DNA of 64,000 bases, from the sequence record PP777464.1. One strand, given 5' to 3'. The position numbers and the translations under genes are program-made. Shown here piece after piece: positions 14,590-24,426 of the stretch (positions within the stretch are counted from its first letter, which is position 1; the number at the start of each line of letters is the position of its first letter). The notes beneath the pieces are model-generated. The model saw only the letters and a program-made list of their open reading frames with translations. It had not been told where the DNA came from and ran no database searches.

Positions 14590-16074
14590 ATGAAAACTTG
14601 TAAGCTAACCTTACTGGACGAGGTTAATTGTAAATTTGAGGGACTAGATCCCTCAATTCGTCAGAAGATGATTCGTGCAACAGAATATGTACTTCCATAC
14701 GCTAAGTTCACCCCTGCTGGTCGTATTGGTCGTTGGGATGGTAAGGTACAGTTTATGAACTTAGGTGGCAGTACTTACTACCACATGTTGGATAAGTTGT
14801 TGCCAATCTTAGATGAAGCAAAAATTGATATTGAACTTGAAGATCATCGTGTCAATTATGGATTCAATTTTGAACCAATTGATGAAGATATTTTTAGTGA
14901 TGTTGTGTTTGGTGCTGGACACCACATGGAAGGTAAGTCAATCAAGCTCAGAGAGCATCAGGTGAACGCAGTTAATGCTTGTCTTGCAAACCCACATGGT
15001 TTATTATTAGCAGCTACAGGGGCTGGTAAAACGCTCATCACAGCGGCATTATCCAAGAAGGTACAAGAGTATGGACGTTCTGTGATTATCGTACCTAGTA
15101 CTGATTTGGTGCAGCAAACATATGATGACTATGTTATGTGTGGTCTTGACACTGGAGTGTTCTATGGTGCACAGAAAGACTTTGGTCACCAACACACAAT
15201 CACTACCTGGCAGTCATTCAACTCTTTGTGGAAGAAAACAAAGAAAGGTGAAATTGAACTTACTGAACAAGACGTTCATGACTTTATTGATGGTGTGGTT
15301 TGTGTGATTGTCGATGAGTGTCAAGGTGCTGGTGGTGATGCATTAGTTCAAGTACTCTCTAAAGTTATGAATAACGTCCCACTTCGCTGGGGATTAACTG
15401 GTACAATCCCTAAAGACCAAGTTGTCGCTGCGAAGATTAAATGTAACGTTGGTGATGTGATATTTAAAATCACAGCTAAAGAATTACAAGATAAAAAAAT
15501 ACTAAGCACATGTAATGTGAACTGTATTAAACTTAAAAGTAATTTAAAGTTCGCGTCATATGCAGAAGAATTGAAGTACTTAGTTACTGACCGTGATAGA
15601 ATGGCATATGTAGCATCACTGATAGGTGCGTTGGCAGAATCTGGAAACACTTTAGTACTGGTTGATAGACTTGAAGCTGGTGAATTGCTTTGTGAATTTT
15701 TGGGTATTCCTAAGTCAGAATTTGTTCGTGGGGAAACCAAAAAGAAAGACCGTGAATCTTCATATGGTGAAATTCGCTGGGCTGATAACAAAATACTCAT
15801 TGCAACCTATGGGGTAGCAAGTACTGGTATCAGTATTTCTCGTTTGTATAATGTCGTTCTAATCGAACCAGGAAAAAGCTTCGTTCGTACAATACAGTCC
15901 ATTGGTCGTGGGTTGCGTCGTGCAGAAGACAAAGACCACGTGGAAATCTTTGATATCAGTGGTACAAACAAATATAGTGCAAAACACTTACGTGAACGTT
16001 TACAATACTATAAGGAAGCACAATATCCTCATAGTATCATAGATGTTAAGGATTGGGAAAATACAGCGGGATAA
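14590..16074 (+). CDS. uvsW: SF2 helicase (UvsW-like)
   Basis: LREHQ, ATGAGKT, IVDECQ, GLTGT, QSIGRGLR. Confidence 0.92.
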   Translation: MKTCKLTLLDEVNCKFEGLDPSIRQKMIRATEYVLPYAKFTPAGRIGRWDGKVQFMNLGGSTYYHMLDKLLPILDEAKIDIELEDHRVNYGFNFEPIDEDIFSDVVFGAGHHMEGKSIKLREHQVNAVNACLANPHGLLLAATGAGKTLITAALSKKVQEYGRSVIIVPSTDLVQQTYDDYVMCGLDTGVFYGAQKDFGHQHTITTWQSFNSLWKKTKKGEIELTEQDVHDFIDGVVCVIVDECQGAGGDALVQVLSKVMNNVPLRWGLTGTIPKDQVVAAKIKCNVGDVIFKITAKELQDKKILSTCNVNCIKLKSNLKFASYAEELKYLVTDRDRMAYVASLIGALAESGNTLVLVDRLEAGELLCEFLGIPKSEFVRGETKKKDRESSYGEIRWADNKILIATYGVASTGISISRLYNVVLIEPGKSFVRTIQSIGRGLRRAEDKDHVEIFDISGTNKYSAKHLRERLQYYKEAQYPHSIIDVKDWENTAG

Positions 16075-16095
16075 TCCCGCTGTACATGATATAAT
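16068..16095 (+). promoter_or_regulatory. Middle-class promoter overlapping a hairpin
   Basis: GGGATA-N16-TATAAT; the upstream hexamer lies in the inverted repeat TACAGCGGGA-TAA-TCCCGCTGTA. Confidence 0.55.
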
Positions 16096-16130
16096 GTGTC
16101 GTATGACAACAACAAGGAAGTAAAATAAAA

Positions 16131-16559
16131 ATGGAATTAAGATCTAGTATTGCTTTTATCTGTGACCAAGAAACGTTAGATGTAATTGATGTATTGTTGA
16201 ATGATGATGGTATTATGGATGACATGGTATCTTCACTTGACTATATACCTGAACTAGAAACTGACGATACTAATGTTTGGAGATGTAATATTGACACTAA
16301 TTCATGGATTAATATCTATGAATTGCAAACCAGAATTGACTCGAAAGTTGAATCATTAAAATATGATATCATCTATGCAAGTACTGATACTACAACGTTT
16401 ATTGATGTTGTTAGTCTTAGTGGTAATTTTGATTCTTACTTAGATACTGATGTTGATAAGATTCAAGAAATGTGTGAAACGTATGGTCTTGAATTCTATG
16501 GTACATCCGATGAAGATGAAGAAGATTACTACGATGAAGATGAAGATTCCCAGTACTAA
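16131..16559 (+). CDS. Acidic hypothetical protein
   Basis: AAGGAAG RBS; D/E-rich tail. Confidence 0.7.
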   Translation: MELRSSIAFICDQETLDVIDVLLNDDGIMDDMVSSLDYIPELETDDTNVWRCNIDTNSWINIYELQTRIDSKVESLKYDIIYASTDTTTFIDVVSLSGNFDSYLDTDVDKIQEMCETYGLEFYGTSDEDEEDYYDEDEDSQY

Positions 16560-16568
16560 GGAGATGAG

Positions 16569-17066
16569 ATGAACGTATTAACCCCAGAAAATAATTCATT
16601 TGATATGGATTTAGTAACTGAACACATTCCATCAGAAATGTATTGTGTTTTAGATTTGAGTCCAAACGGTGACTCTGACTTTTATTTTCGCCACATTTTG
16701 AACACTGTATCATTTAATAGTATCAGTGCTGATTTGCAGATTGGTGAAAAGATTATCCAAGTACCATTGGGTTGGCAAATCATGTTGGGTGATGAAGAGA
16801 CAGGTATGGTTGAGATGTGTACCATTGAAAACATTCTTAATATGAAAGAACCTAAAGCTTTTGTTTACAATCCAATCCGTTCGATGTATCCTAAGTTCGA
16901 ACCTGTAAAAGTACTGCGTGTATTCGCACTCACTACTAAGTGGCAGATCCCTATGCTGCCTAAGAAGAACTTACTATGTGTTCCTCTGCACAGTGGTGAT
17001 AATCCACCTTGTGTTTACTTTGCAGATGAGAACGAGAAAATTCAAGATTTGTATCTAGGAGTGTAA
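16569..17066 (+). CDS. Hypothetical beta-rich protein (165 aa)
   Basis: AAGGAG RBS, part of the operon. Confidence 0.75.
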   Translation: MNVLTPENNSFDMDLVTEHIPSEMYCVLDLSPNGDSDFYFRHILNTVSFNSISADLQIGEKIIQVPLGWQIMLGDEETGMVEMCTIENILNMKEPKAFVYNPIRSMYPKFEPVKVLRVFALTTKWQIPMLPKKNLLCVPLHSGDNPPCVYFADENEKIQDLYLGV

Positions 17067-17068
17067 TA

Positions 17069-17914
17069 GTGTTAGATTTCAGTAATATTAAAGCTAAGTC
17101 AGTAGACGAAAACGATAAACCAACCCAGCATACATTTTCTATTGCTGAATTTCTAAAACATATTGACCGTGCAGATTACAAATACTATAATGACATGACC
17201 GAAGATGAGCGTAAGGAATTTACGCCTTATACTGTACTTCGTTGGGTAAGTTCACTTGATGACTCACTTCAAGTGACTTTCCCTAGTAGTAAAGTGGAAA
17301 ACGTATTTGGTAAGTGGAAAGCTGGTGGTAAAGAAGCACTAACTGAACTTGTCAAAGAACTCAATAGCACTGGTGTTAATGTAACATCAGTTACTAAGTA
17401 CTGTCACAGTGACTATGATTGGCGTATCAAGTTTGCCGTACAAAGCAATGATGATGCTAACAAGTTGATTGCAGCAATGACTGAATTTAGTATTGCTGGT
17501 GGACAGATCATCTCATTGGTTGACAGTGACGTTGTACGTTATCAGTTGATTATGTTGAATGATATGGTTAATGATGGGTTCTGGGATATGAAAGAACACC
17601 CTGAACTTGTATATCAACTACTATGTTCTGTTCATGATATGTTGGGTGGTAAGGAATTGCCACGAAACTGGTTAAACTTTTCCAAGAGTTTTAAGCGTGC
17701 TAATAATGAATTATTTGAACTCATTAAAAGTACACAGCCAGATTCAATCGCAACTCAAATGAACGAAGATGAATATAAAATTGTTTTGTTGCAATATAAC
17801 AAAAAAACATTCGAGTCTTTCCTTGAAGACATAGGTTTACAAGAGAAAGAAATGAAATCAATGATGAAATTATTTAAAGAAGAATGTAAGAAATATGGCA
17901 AAGAAATCAAGTAG
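17069..17914 (+). CDS. Possible clamp-loader small subunit (gp62-like) with an internal insertion
   Basis: FTPYTVLRWVSS and LIMLNDMVN..FW...HPELVYQLL resemble gp62-family segments; GTG start with GGAG. Confidence 0.45.
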   Translation: MLDFSNIKAKSVDENDKPTQHTFSIAEFLKHIDRADYKYYNDMTEDERKEFTPYTVLRWVSSLDDSLQVTFPSSKVENVFGKWKAGGKEALTELVKELNSTGVNVTSVTKYCHSDYDWRIKFAVQSNDDANKLIAAMTEFSIAGGQIISLVDSDVVRYQLIMLNDMVNDGFWDMKEHPELVYQLLCSVHDMLGGKELPRNWLNFSKSFKRANNELFELIKSTQPDSIATQMNEDEYKIVLLQYNKKTFESFLEDIGLQEKEMKSMMKLFKEECKKYGKEIK

Positions 17915-18605
17915 TCCCGTATACAAATGTAAGTTCTGTGATAAAGAATTTAAACGCGAAGACACAGTTAACACACATAAGTGTGTTAAACGTGACCGCT
18001 ACGAAGATCGTGATAGCCGCCCCATGAGGGAGGCTTTTCGCATTTATATGCAATTCATGGAGTTAAACCATTTCCCTTTCAAGAAGGGAGTTGAACCATT
18101 AATGGCTTTTATAAAATCAAAGTACTTTAGTGATTTTTATGATTTTGCAATTTATTATTTGAACAACCGTGATATTTTAGATATTGATGGTTTTGTAAAA
18201 AGTCTAATTGTAAGAAACCGTCCTATTATGGAATGGAGTACTTATAAAGCAAAGGATGAATGGATATTAGATTGTATTCGTTCTGAATCTCCCAATGCTG
18301 CGGTTTCCCGTAGTGTTGTTGCGATGGTGGAATGGGGTCAGAATCTGAACTTGGAGTGGAATAAGTTTTTTTCCAATGTGAGTTCTGCCCGTGCAATTGC
18401 ATGGATTGAGAGTGGTAAGATTTCACCTTGGATTATCTGGTTAGCACCAAAAGAAAGTACTAATAAGTTTTTCAAGAATCTCTCTAACTCTGAAATCGAG
18501 TATATACTTAAATACATTGATCCTAGTTACTTTGAGGTTAAAACTATAAAGTACAAAAAGGAATGTGATGAAATAAAAAGTATGCTACGTGAGGCTGGAT
18601 TATGA
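17895..18605 (+). CDS. Hypothetical protein with an N-terminal zinc finger
   Basis: YKCKFCDKEF...HKC. Confidence 0.7.
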   Translation: MAKKSSSPVYKCKFCDKEFKREDTVNTHKCVKRDRYEDRDSRPMREAFRIYMQFMELNHFPFKKGVEPLMAFIKSKYFSDFYDFAIYYLNNRDILDIDGFVKSLIVRNRPIMEWSTYKAKDEWILDCIRSESPNAAVSRSVVAMVEWGQNLNLEWNKFFSNVSSARAIAWIESGKISPWIIWLAPKESTNKFFKNLSNSEIEYILKYIDPSYFEVKTIKYKKECDEIKSMLREAGL

Positions 18606-18931
18606 ATGGAAAAAGTATATATAATAAAATACCAGAAGGGTATGTACCTGTGCCTAAAGCAGATAAATCTAAATCTTTATCATTGCTTAGACAGGGTTCT
18701 ATAACTGAAATTACACTTGATGGTAAAACCTTTCAGGTGCACGATCCTGTTCGTGTAGAAAAAATTATCAGTATGGTTGAAAGACATGAGGAAAGATTCT
18801 TTGGTCTAAGTCAAGAGTTGTCAAAGACCAAACAAAAGTGTACAATGTTAGAAAATCAGGTAACCAAATTATCTAACACTGTAAACAAATTGCAGGAGCA
18901 AATCAAAAATGCAGGATTCGACAAATTCTAA
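18602..18931 (+). CDS. Hypothetical protein with a C-terminal coiled coil
   Basis: ATGA overlap; heptad-rich C-terminus. Confidence 0.65.
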   Translation: MNGKSIYNKIPEGYVPVPKADKSKSLSLLRQGSITEITLDGKTFQVHDPVRVEKIISMVERHEERFFGLSQELSKTKQKCTMLENQVTKLSNTVNKLQEQIKNAGFDKF

Positions 18932-19547
18932 TTCGTACCGTAAAGCACGAACAGATATCGACATTGACTTTAAAGATAGTAAGTCAGTGATTGCACAGCT
19001 TCCTTGTGTGCGAAGTACTGAAAAAATTACGGAGGATGGTTTAATCCCCCATAACAGTGGTGTTCATTTTGATAATATACCAATTGACCCTATCACTGGT
19101 TTAGCCAGCATACAATATAAAGAAGCCGAACGCTTGGGATATCAAAAGGTAGATATCCTGTCACAATCGGCTTACCAGTATGTTCGTGATAGAGCACATT
19201 TAAAAGAACTAATGAATCAGGAACCTAATTGGGATCTTCTGTTAGAACCAGAAATAGTTGAACATCTTTCACAGATTAAAAAACACGTTACATTATTAAA
19301 TGTGTGGAAACCTAAATCCATTGATGAACTTGCAATGTTTATTGCAATGATTCGTCCTGGAAAAAGGCAGTGCCAAAGTATGAATACATGGAGTGAAGTT
19401 GAATCCACTATATGGGATTACAGTACTATTGGCACAGACCAAGCAGGAAATAAGTTACGATATTTCAAAAAGCCACATGCTTATGCATACAGCTTAATGA
19501 TTGTAGTTCAACTTAACGCTTTAGTTGAACATCTTACTTCTTCTTAA
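18909..19547 (+). CDS. Minimal DnaE (Pol III alpha)-like catalytic fragment, C-terminal half
   Basis: TDIDIDF (D401/D403 equivalents), HNSGV, QKVDIL (D555 equivalent), AMIRPG, FKKPHAYAY. Confidence 0.85.
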   Translation: MQDSTNSNSYRKARTDIDIDFKDSKSVIAQLPCVRSTEKITEDGLIPHNSGVHFDNIPIDPITGLASIQYKEAERLGYQKVDILSQSAYQYVRDRAHLKELMNQEPNWDLLLEPEIVEHLSQIKKHVTLLNVWKPKSIDELAMFIAMIRPGKRQCQSMNTWSEVESTIWDYSTIGTDQAGNKLRYFKKPHAYAYSLMIVVQLNALVEHLTSS

Positions 19548-19887
19548 GAGCCACATTACGACGCTTGATGCGTTTTTGTGGCAAATCACTTAAAGAAACT
19601 ACTGGACCACAAACGAAATTCACCGCAGGGGTATCGAATCTCTGTGTGTAAGGTTCAAATTTCTCCATCTCTTCTTGGAAGAATAGACAGACTGGAATTG
19701 ACCTGTTGCTTTGCCACCACCAATCATGTGCTATACCCAACAATTCATCTTGCATTGGTTCATCCATATCATCAAAGCAGTAAAGAGTAGTATACTGTTT
19801 ACTTTTTATCTTGATAATACCAATGAAAGTTTTACCATCACACTGAACTACCGTGATAAATGGTGGAATAGTATTATATTGATTCAT
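19534..19887 (-). CDS. Hypothetical protein (117 aa); minus strand, mislabelled + in the track
   Basis: The reverse complement of 19861-19887 reads MNQYNTIPP; the stop is at 19534. Confidence 0.75.
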   Translation of the reverse strand: MNQYNTIPPFITVVQCDGKTFIGIIKIKSKQYTTLYCFDDMDEPMQDELLGIAHDWWWQSNRSIPVCLFFQEEMEKFEPYTQRFDTPAVNFVCGPVVSLSDLPQKRIKRRNVALKKK

Positions 19888-19892
19888 ATGAG

Positions 19893-19935
19893 TTCCATAA
19901 ATATTAGTATAAATTTATACCTATTATTTATGGAA
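19893..19935. promoter_or_regulatory. 43-bp symmetric divergent late-promoter element
   Basis: TTCCATAAATA-TTA-GTATAAATTTATAC-CTAT-TATTTATGGAA; CATAAATA on both strands. Confidence 0.65.
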
Positions 19936-19944
19936 GGAAAAACT

Positions 19945-20922
19945 ATGGCTCATCACGGCGTGTTTATGTACCCTTATAACCAAGAAGTATCATTGGGCAA
20001 TTTTAATATGCCATACAGCAATGAGAAACTTACAATATACAGAGGTGCAAATAACAATTTATCATTCACAGTGCATAACGCTGATGGAAAATATACATTA
20101 CTAAAAGATAACGAATATCTAACATTCATGATTTTTGATGCTAGAAACAATACTAAATTATTCGATGTAGTTCTGGATAAACAAAAACCATCATGGCTAT
20201 CAGAAAGTGGACAAGCAAGACAAACATTAGGTAATAGTAAAAAAGTATATTATGGATGTATTGTTCCTGCTGGTGTAATTCAGGATACTAGTCCTGGTTC
20301 AAAATATAGATGGAGTATTACTAAAGTAACAATGGATGGTTCCTTGATTGAACCTACACAGTACTTATACACTGGTCTTGATTATGAAGCCTCTGCTGAA
20401 TTGATCATTTCCGACCAAGCTGCTCCTGTGTTTGTGCCAAGTATTGAAGTATCTGTTAATAAAAACCCAGCATGGACTACCATCAAACGCTTGTATCATG
20501 AACCAATCGCTCGTGGCGTTATTGGTGAATTTGATATAATGGCAACATCTCCCCTTCCTGCACAAATGCAGTACGGATTAGTTGATGGTCTTAGTACTAT
20601 TGCAATGTACTTTGATAAATTTATTGGTAGAATTCAATTACAAGGATGTTTGTGTAATAACGTACCAACTGATAACGAAAACTATAAATGGTTTATTGTT
20701 AAATTGGATGGTAAAGAATATATCGAAAATGATATTGATGAAAATGGATTCCCTAAAGCGTTAGATGGGATTCAAGCATTTAATTTTAAAGGTAATTACA
20801 TGTGGTTGCGATTGGTTGTTTGTATTCATCCTAAGATCGTTCCAGTTCCTTATGACTATGCGGCAGTAAGAAAAGTCTATGACCCACTACTGTCAGTTCC
20901 TAAAATTTTGATTCGCAGGTGA
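19945..20922 (+). CDS. Putative virion structural protein (325 aa, beta-rich)
   Basis: GGAAGG RBS; late promoter; the track's start at 19711 overlaps the opposite gene and is unlikely. Confidence 0.65.
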   Translation: MAHHGVFMYPYNQEVSLGNFNMPYSNEKLTIYRGANNNLSFTVHNADGKYTLLKDNEYLTFMIFDARNNTKLFDVVLDKQKPSWLSESGQARQTLGNSKKVYYGCIVPAGVIQDTSPGSKYRWSITKVTMDGSLIEPTQYLYTGLDYEASAELIISDQAAPVFVPSIEVSVNKNPAWTTIKRLYHEPIARGVIGEFDIMATSPLPAQMQYGLVDGLSTIAMYFDKFIGRIQLQGCLCNNVPTDNENYKWFIVKLDGKEYIENDIDENGFPKALDGIQAFNFKGNYMWLRLVVCIHPKIVPVPYDYAAVRKVYDPLLSVPKILIRR

Positions 20923-20948
20923 GACAAAACAAGTGTTTGTGCTATAAT
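20921..20948 (+). promoter_or_regulatory. Middle-class promoter
   Basis: GAGACA-N16-TATAAT with TGC before -10, upstream of primase. Confidence 0.7.
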
Positions 20949-20977
20949 CATTTGTGAGAAATAACAAGGATTAAATT

Positions 20978-22033
20978 ATGAACGCTGTACAAAACATCAT
21001 GGCACAAATCATGAATGACCCAGTACCAGGAATTGGTATGTGGACACATCACAATTGTCCTGCTTGTGTGTTCCGTGGTCATTCACGCCCCGATACTAAA
21101 AATCGCGGCAATCATATGTTTAACGCAGATGGTTCTGTTTCTTATAACTGTTTTAACTGTAGTCTAAAAACTGGGTGGCAACCTGGAAAATATATGAGCA
21201 AAGATATGGAGTCTTTGCTCATTTCTTTTGGTGCACAGGATAAGGAAATAGAACTAGCTAAATTTTACATTAAAGAAATGGTTGATAGTGGAGACTTTGC
21301 AGAACAAGAAACTACTGCATCTAAACTATATCAACGTGTAACTGTTCGTGAATTACCACCGAACTCAAAAACATTCTGGGAATGGGCATCGTTACCAGAA
21401 GAGCAAATACCACAAGAATTTATTAGTGTTCTGAATCATGTGAATGAGCGAAATCCATATCTATTAGATTTAGAATTGTATTGGAGTCCAGCTAAAGAAC
21501 ATAAAATGTATGACCGATTTATCATACCATACGTTATGAACGGTAAAATTATCGGATATACTGCTAGACACAAACTTAAAGACCCAGGAAGTACCTATCG
21601 TTTTATTAATCAGGTCAGTACTAATATTCTATATAATTATGATCTGTTACAAGATGAACGAATTAAAACTATATTAGTTTGTGAAGGTCCAATGGATGCA
21701 GCACTAATGGGTGGTGTTTCTGCAAATAACTTTAAATTGTCAGCAGTACAAATAGATGTACTTAAAGCTGCACAAGAAAAAGGTAAAAAGATTGTTATCG
21801 TACCAGACCGTGATAAGGATGGATTACAAACAATCGAACAAGCACTAGAATATGGATTTAGTGTTTCTTTCCCAGATTTTGGGGCAGTACGTGTTGGAAG
21901 TACTATACGTCACATTAAAGATTTTGACGAAGCATGTGCTAGATTTGGAAGATTATTTTGTTTACAACTGATACATGATAGTATAGTTGACGAGCCTTTC
22001 TATATTAAAGCACAAACGGATAAGTGGATGTAA
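20978..22033 (+). CDS. DnaG/gp61-type DNA primase
   Basis: N-terminal CPAC...CFNC zinc finger; TOPRIM VCEGPMDA and IVPDRDKDG. Confidence 0.88.
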   Translation: MNAVQNIMAQIMNDPVPGIGMWTHHNCPACVFRGHSRPDTKNRGNHMFNADGSVSYNCFNCSLKTGWQPGKYMSKDMESLLISFGAQDKEIELAKFYIKEMVDSGDFAEQETTASKLYQRVTVRELPPNSKTFWEWASLPEEQIPQEFISVLNHVNERNPYLLDLELYWSPAKEHKMYDRFIIPYVMNGKIIGYTARHKLKDPGSTYRFINQVSTNILYNYDLLQDERIKTILVCEGPMDAALMGGVSANNFKLSAVQIDVLKAAQEKGKKIVIVPDRDKDGLQTIEQALEYGFSVSFPDFGAVRVGSTIRHIKDFDEACARFGRLFCLQLIHDSIVDEPFYIKAQTDKWM

Positions 22034-22059
22034 CACAGGATATAAATGAGGGAACATAA

Positions 22060-23580
22060 ATGATTCAAAGCACAGTGGACGTCAAACAGTATGGGATTAA
22101 TGCACAACAATACTTACTATCCCAAGTTTTCAGTAATCCAGATTTATTTGTACGTTGTAAAAATATTCTAAAGCCAGAATATTTTGATAAAACATTTCAT
22201 GAAAGTATTCAGTACGTTCATGATTATGCAGCAAAATATAGTTCATCCCCTACACTGAAAGATATTGAAGTGAAAGGTGGTTATCAGTATGATCAATATG
22301 AAGTACAAGAACTTCATAAACAGGCAGTACTGGATACCTGTAGTGAGTTTTGCCGTCACAAAGCTCTAGCTCTAGCAGTAGAGAAAGGTATGGAATTAGT
22401 ACATCAGAAAAAATATGGTGGCATCGAAGAACTCATTCGTGAAGCTATGTTAGTATCTGTACAGAATGAGTTGGGTCTTGATATCTTTGAAAATCCAGAA
22501 GATACCATTCGTTCATTGAGCACTATGCAAGGTTCATTCAAGAGTGGATGGGAAACCCTTGACTATAAACTATTCGGTGGTTTTGGTCGCCGTGAACTTG
22601 AAATCTTTGCAGCAGCGTCTGGTGGTGGTAAATCAGTAGTACTACAGAACTTAGCAGTTAACTTTGCTAAGGCTGGTATGAATGGTGCATACATTTCACT
22701 AGAACTAGCAGAAGAGTTGGTAGCCGTTCGTATCTATGGTATGATGACTGAATCTAAGCTAAGTAACGTTAAGAACGAAGCTGAAAAGATTGGTCTACGA
22801 GTTCAAATGGAAGGCAAGGATAGTGGTATATTGCGTATTAAACGTTTACCAGAATCCGTAACAACCACTGATGATATTGAAAGTTATCTTCGTGAATTGC
22901 AAATTAAAATGGAAGTCAAATTAGATTATGTTTGTGTGGACTACCTTGACCTATTAACATCAAATCGTCTTGGTCCTAATGATAAATCTAATACATTTAC
23001 AAAAGATAAATTTGTATCTGAAGAATTGCGTGCACTAGCAACCAAAATGGATTTGACCGTCTTCACTGCGTCACAGTTTAACCGTAGTGGTATGGATGAA
23101 GATAAGAAAAGTCAAAGTCAGATTGCTGGTGGTATTTCTAAAATCTATACTGCGGATAACGTTATCTACATTGAAGCACGTAAAGAAACTGGCGAACTTT
23201 GGTTTGACTTCCAGAAAACACGTAACAGTAGTGCAGTTGGTTCACGTTTGCGTATGTCATATGATATCGATTCACTTCGTGTACTAGACCACGCAACCAC
23301 AATCCAACAATTCGAAACTGATGGGTCAGGATTCCGTCACAGTGGCATCTCTAAGGTCGGCGGTGGTAACATGGCAATGCCACCAAGTACAATGCAAACA
23401 CTGCGTCATACGCTTTCTGGTGCTCCTAAACCAAGCACTACACCGAGTGTTGAAAGCGTAACACTAAATACAGATAGTGATCCAATCACTTCTACACAAA
23501 CTGAATCCCAGCCTCAACAGCCTCACATTGGTACTGATCGTGTAAATGCAATGAAGCAATGGTTAAATCAAAGGAAATAA
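22060..23580 (+). CDS. Replicative DnaB/gp41-like helicase
   Basis: AASGGGKS, YISLELAE, VDYLDL, TASQFNR, QIAGGISK, KTRNS. Confidence 0.93.
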   Translation: MIQSTVDVKQYGINAQQYLLSQVFSNPDLFVRCKNILKPEYFDKTFHESIQYVHDYAAKYSSSPTLKDIEVKGGYQYDQYEVQELHKQAVLDTCSEFCRHKALALAVEKGMELVHQKKYGGIEELIREAMLVSVQNELGLDIFENPEDTIRSLSTMQGSFKSGWETLDYKLFGGFGRRELEIFAAASGGGKSVVLQNLAVNFAKAGMNGAYISLELAEELVAVRIYGMMTESKLSNVKNEAEKIGLRVQMEGKDSGILRIKRLPESVTTTDDIESYLRELQIKMEVKLDYVCVDYLDLLTSNRLGPNDKSNTFTKDKFVSEELRALATKMDLTVFTASQFNRSGMDEDKKSQSQIAGGISKIYTADNVIYIEARKETGELWFDFQKTRNSSAVGSRLRMSYDIDSLRVLDHATTIQQFETDGSGFRHSGISKVGGGNMAMPPSTMQTLRHTLSGAPKPSTTPSVESVTLNTDSDPITSTQTESQPQQPHIGTDRVNAMKQWLNQRK

Positions 23581-23583
23581 TGA

Positions 23584-23856
23584 ATGTCTAGTAAATCCAA
23601 TAAAAAGAATCTACTTGATAGTATAGTTGACTATACACCAGAGAAAGATACATTACAGAGTTTTGGTAATCGTGCAGATCATGCAATCAACTCTGTTATT
23701 CATTTATTGGAGAGTATCGAAGATGAATTTAACCAAACTGATGCTGAAGATTTGAAGAAACGTTTATTTCTTAGTATTAAGAACCGAGATTATAAAAAGT
23801 TTCAGAAGGGCTTGGAGAACATAGCACTTGATGAAAAACGTAATAAAGGGAATTGA
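23584..23856 (+). CDS. Hypothetical protein (90 aa)
   Basis: Operon-coupled ORF. Confidence 0.7.
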   Translation: MSSKSNKKNLLDSIVDYTPEKDTLQSFGNRADHAINSVIHLLESIEDEFNQTDAEDLKKRLFLSIKNRDYKKFQKGLENIALDEKRNKGN

Positions 23857-23857
23857 T

Positions 23858-24025
23858 ATGAAGAAGAAAACTAAACTAAAAGAAAATGCTTCTGCTGGTG
23901 CAACATCAGCAGGTGCAGTAGCATCAGTCAGTACTGGATTAAATTACCCATTACTTCGAAGAATGCCTCCTACAAATTTCTTTGGATATAAAGTTGTTGA
24001 GACTAAAAATAAGGATAAGGAATGA
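23858..24025 (+). CDS. Small putative internal-head protein
   Basis: MKKKTKLKE/NASAGATSAG: basic leader with an L-x-E protease-site-like motif. Confidence 0.55.
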   Translation: MKKKTKLKENASAGATSAGAVASVSTGLNYPLLRRMPPTNFFGYKVVETKNKDKE

Positions 24026-24414
24026 AACCATATACTTTCTACACAATTAATACTGTTGTAGATATAGGAGATGGTACAACTCCAACAATCATCGATTCTA
24101 AGTTCACTGGTGCTATGAATTTGTCGAGATTGTTGGAGGCTATTATGGCACATGATTATCCCATGATGGTAAGTGTAGTAAAAACTGAAGTAGATCTATA
24201 TAAAGATAACAACGCATCTTTCTATAATCTTCCAGTTTCATGGGGTAAATGTACTCTTAGTACTTTCAAATTCGCAATACCAATGGATGTTGATTTGCGT
24301 TTGAATGGAATACCATTAGTTTTACCTACAGAATTAAATGGTAAAAGAATTACAAAATTTATCACAACAGGTAATGATACAAATATTAGCATCAGCAAAC
24401 AGACCTTTTCTTAA
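24022..24414 (+). CDS. Hypothetical protein (130 aa)
   Basis: ATGA overlap, AAGGA RBS. Confidence 0.65.
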   Translation: MKPYTFYTINTVVDIGDGTTPTIIDSKFTGAMNLSRLLEAIMAHDYPMMVSVVKTEVDLYKDNNASFYNLPVSWGKCTLSTFKFAIPMDVDLRLNGIPLVLPTELNGKRITKFITTGNDTNISISKQTFS

Positions 24415-24418
24415 TTGT

Positions 24419-24426
24419 GATAAATA
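24419..24426 (+). promoter_or_regulatory. Late promoter GATAAATA
   Basis: Intergenic, upstream of the head-protein-like cluster. Confidence 0.6.

Noticed and set aside
19534-19887. ORF-track strand label '+'
   Set aside because: The listed protein is encoded on the minus strand (ATG at 19887, TAA at 19534).
19711-19944. N-terminal extension of the 19711..20922 ORF
   Set aside because: It is antisense to the 19887 gene and upstream of the late promoter and RBS; the real start is 19945.
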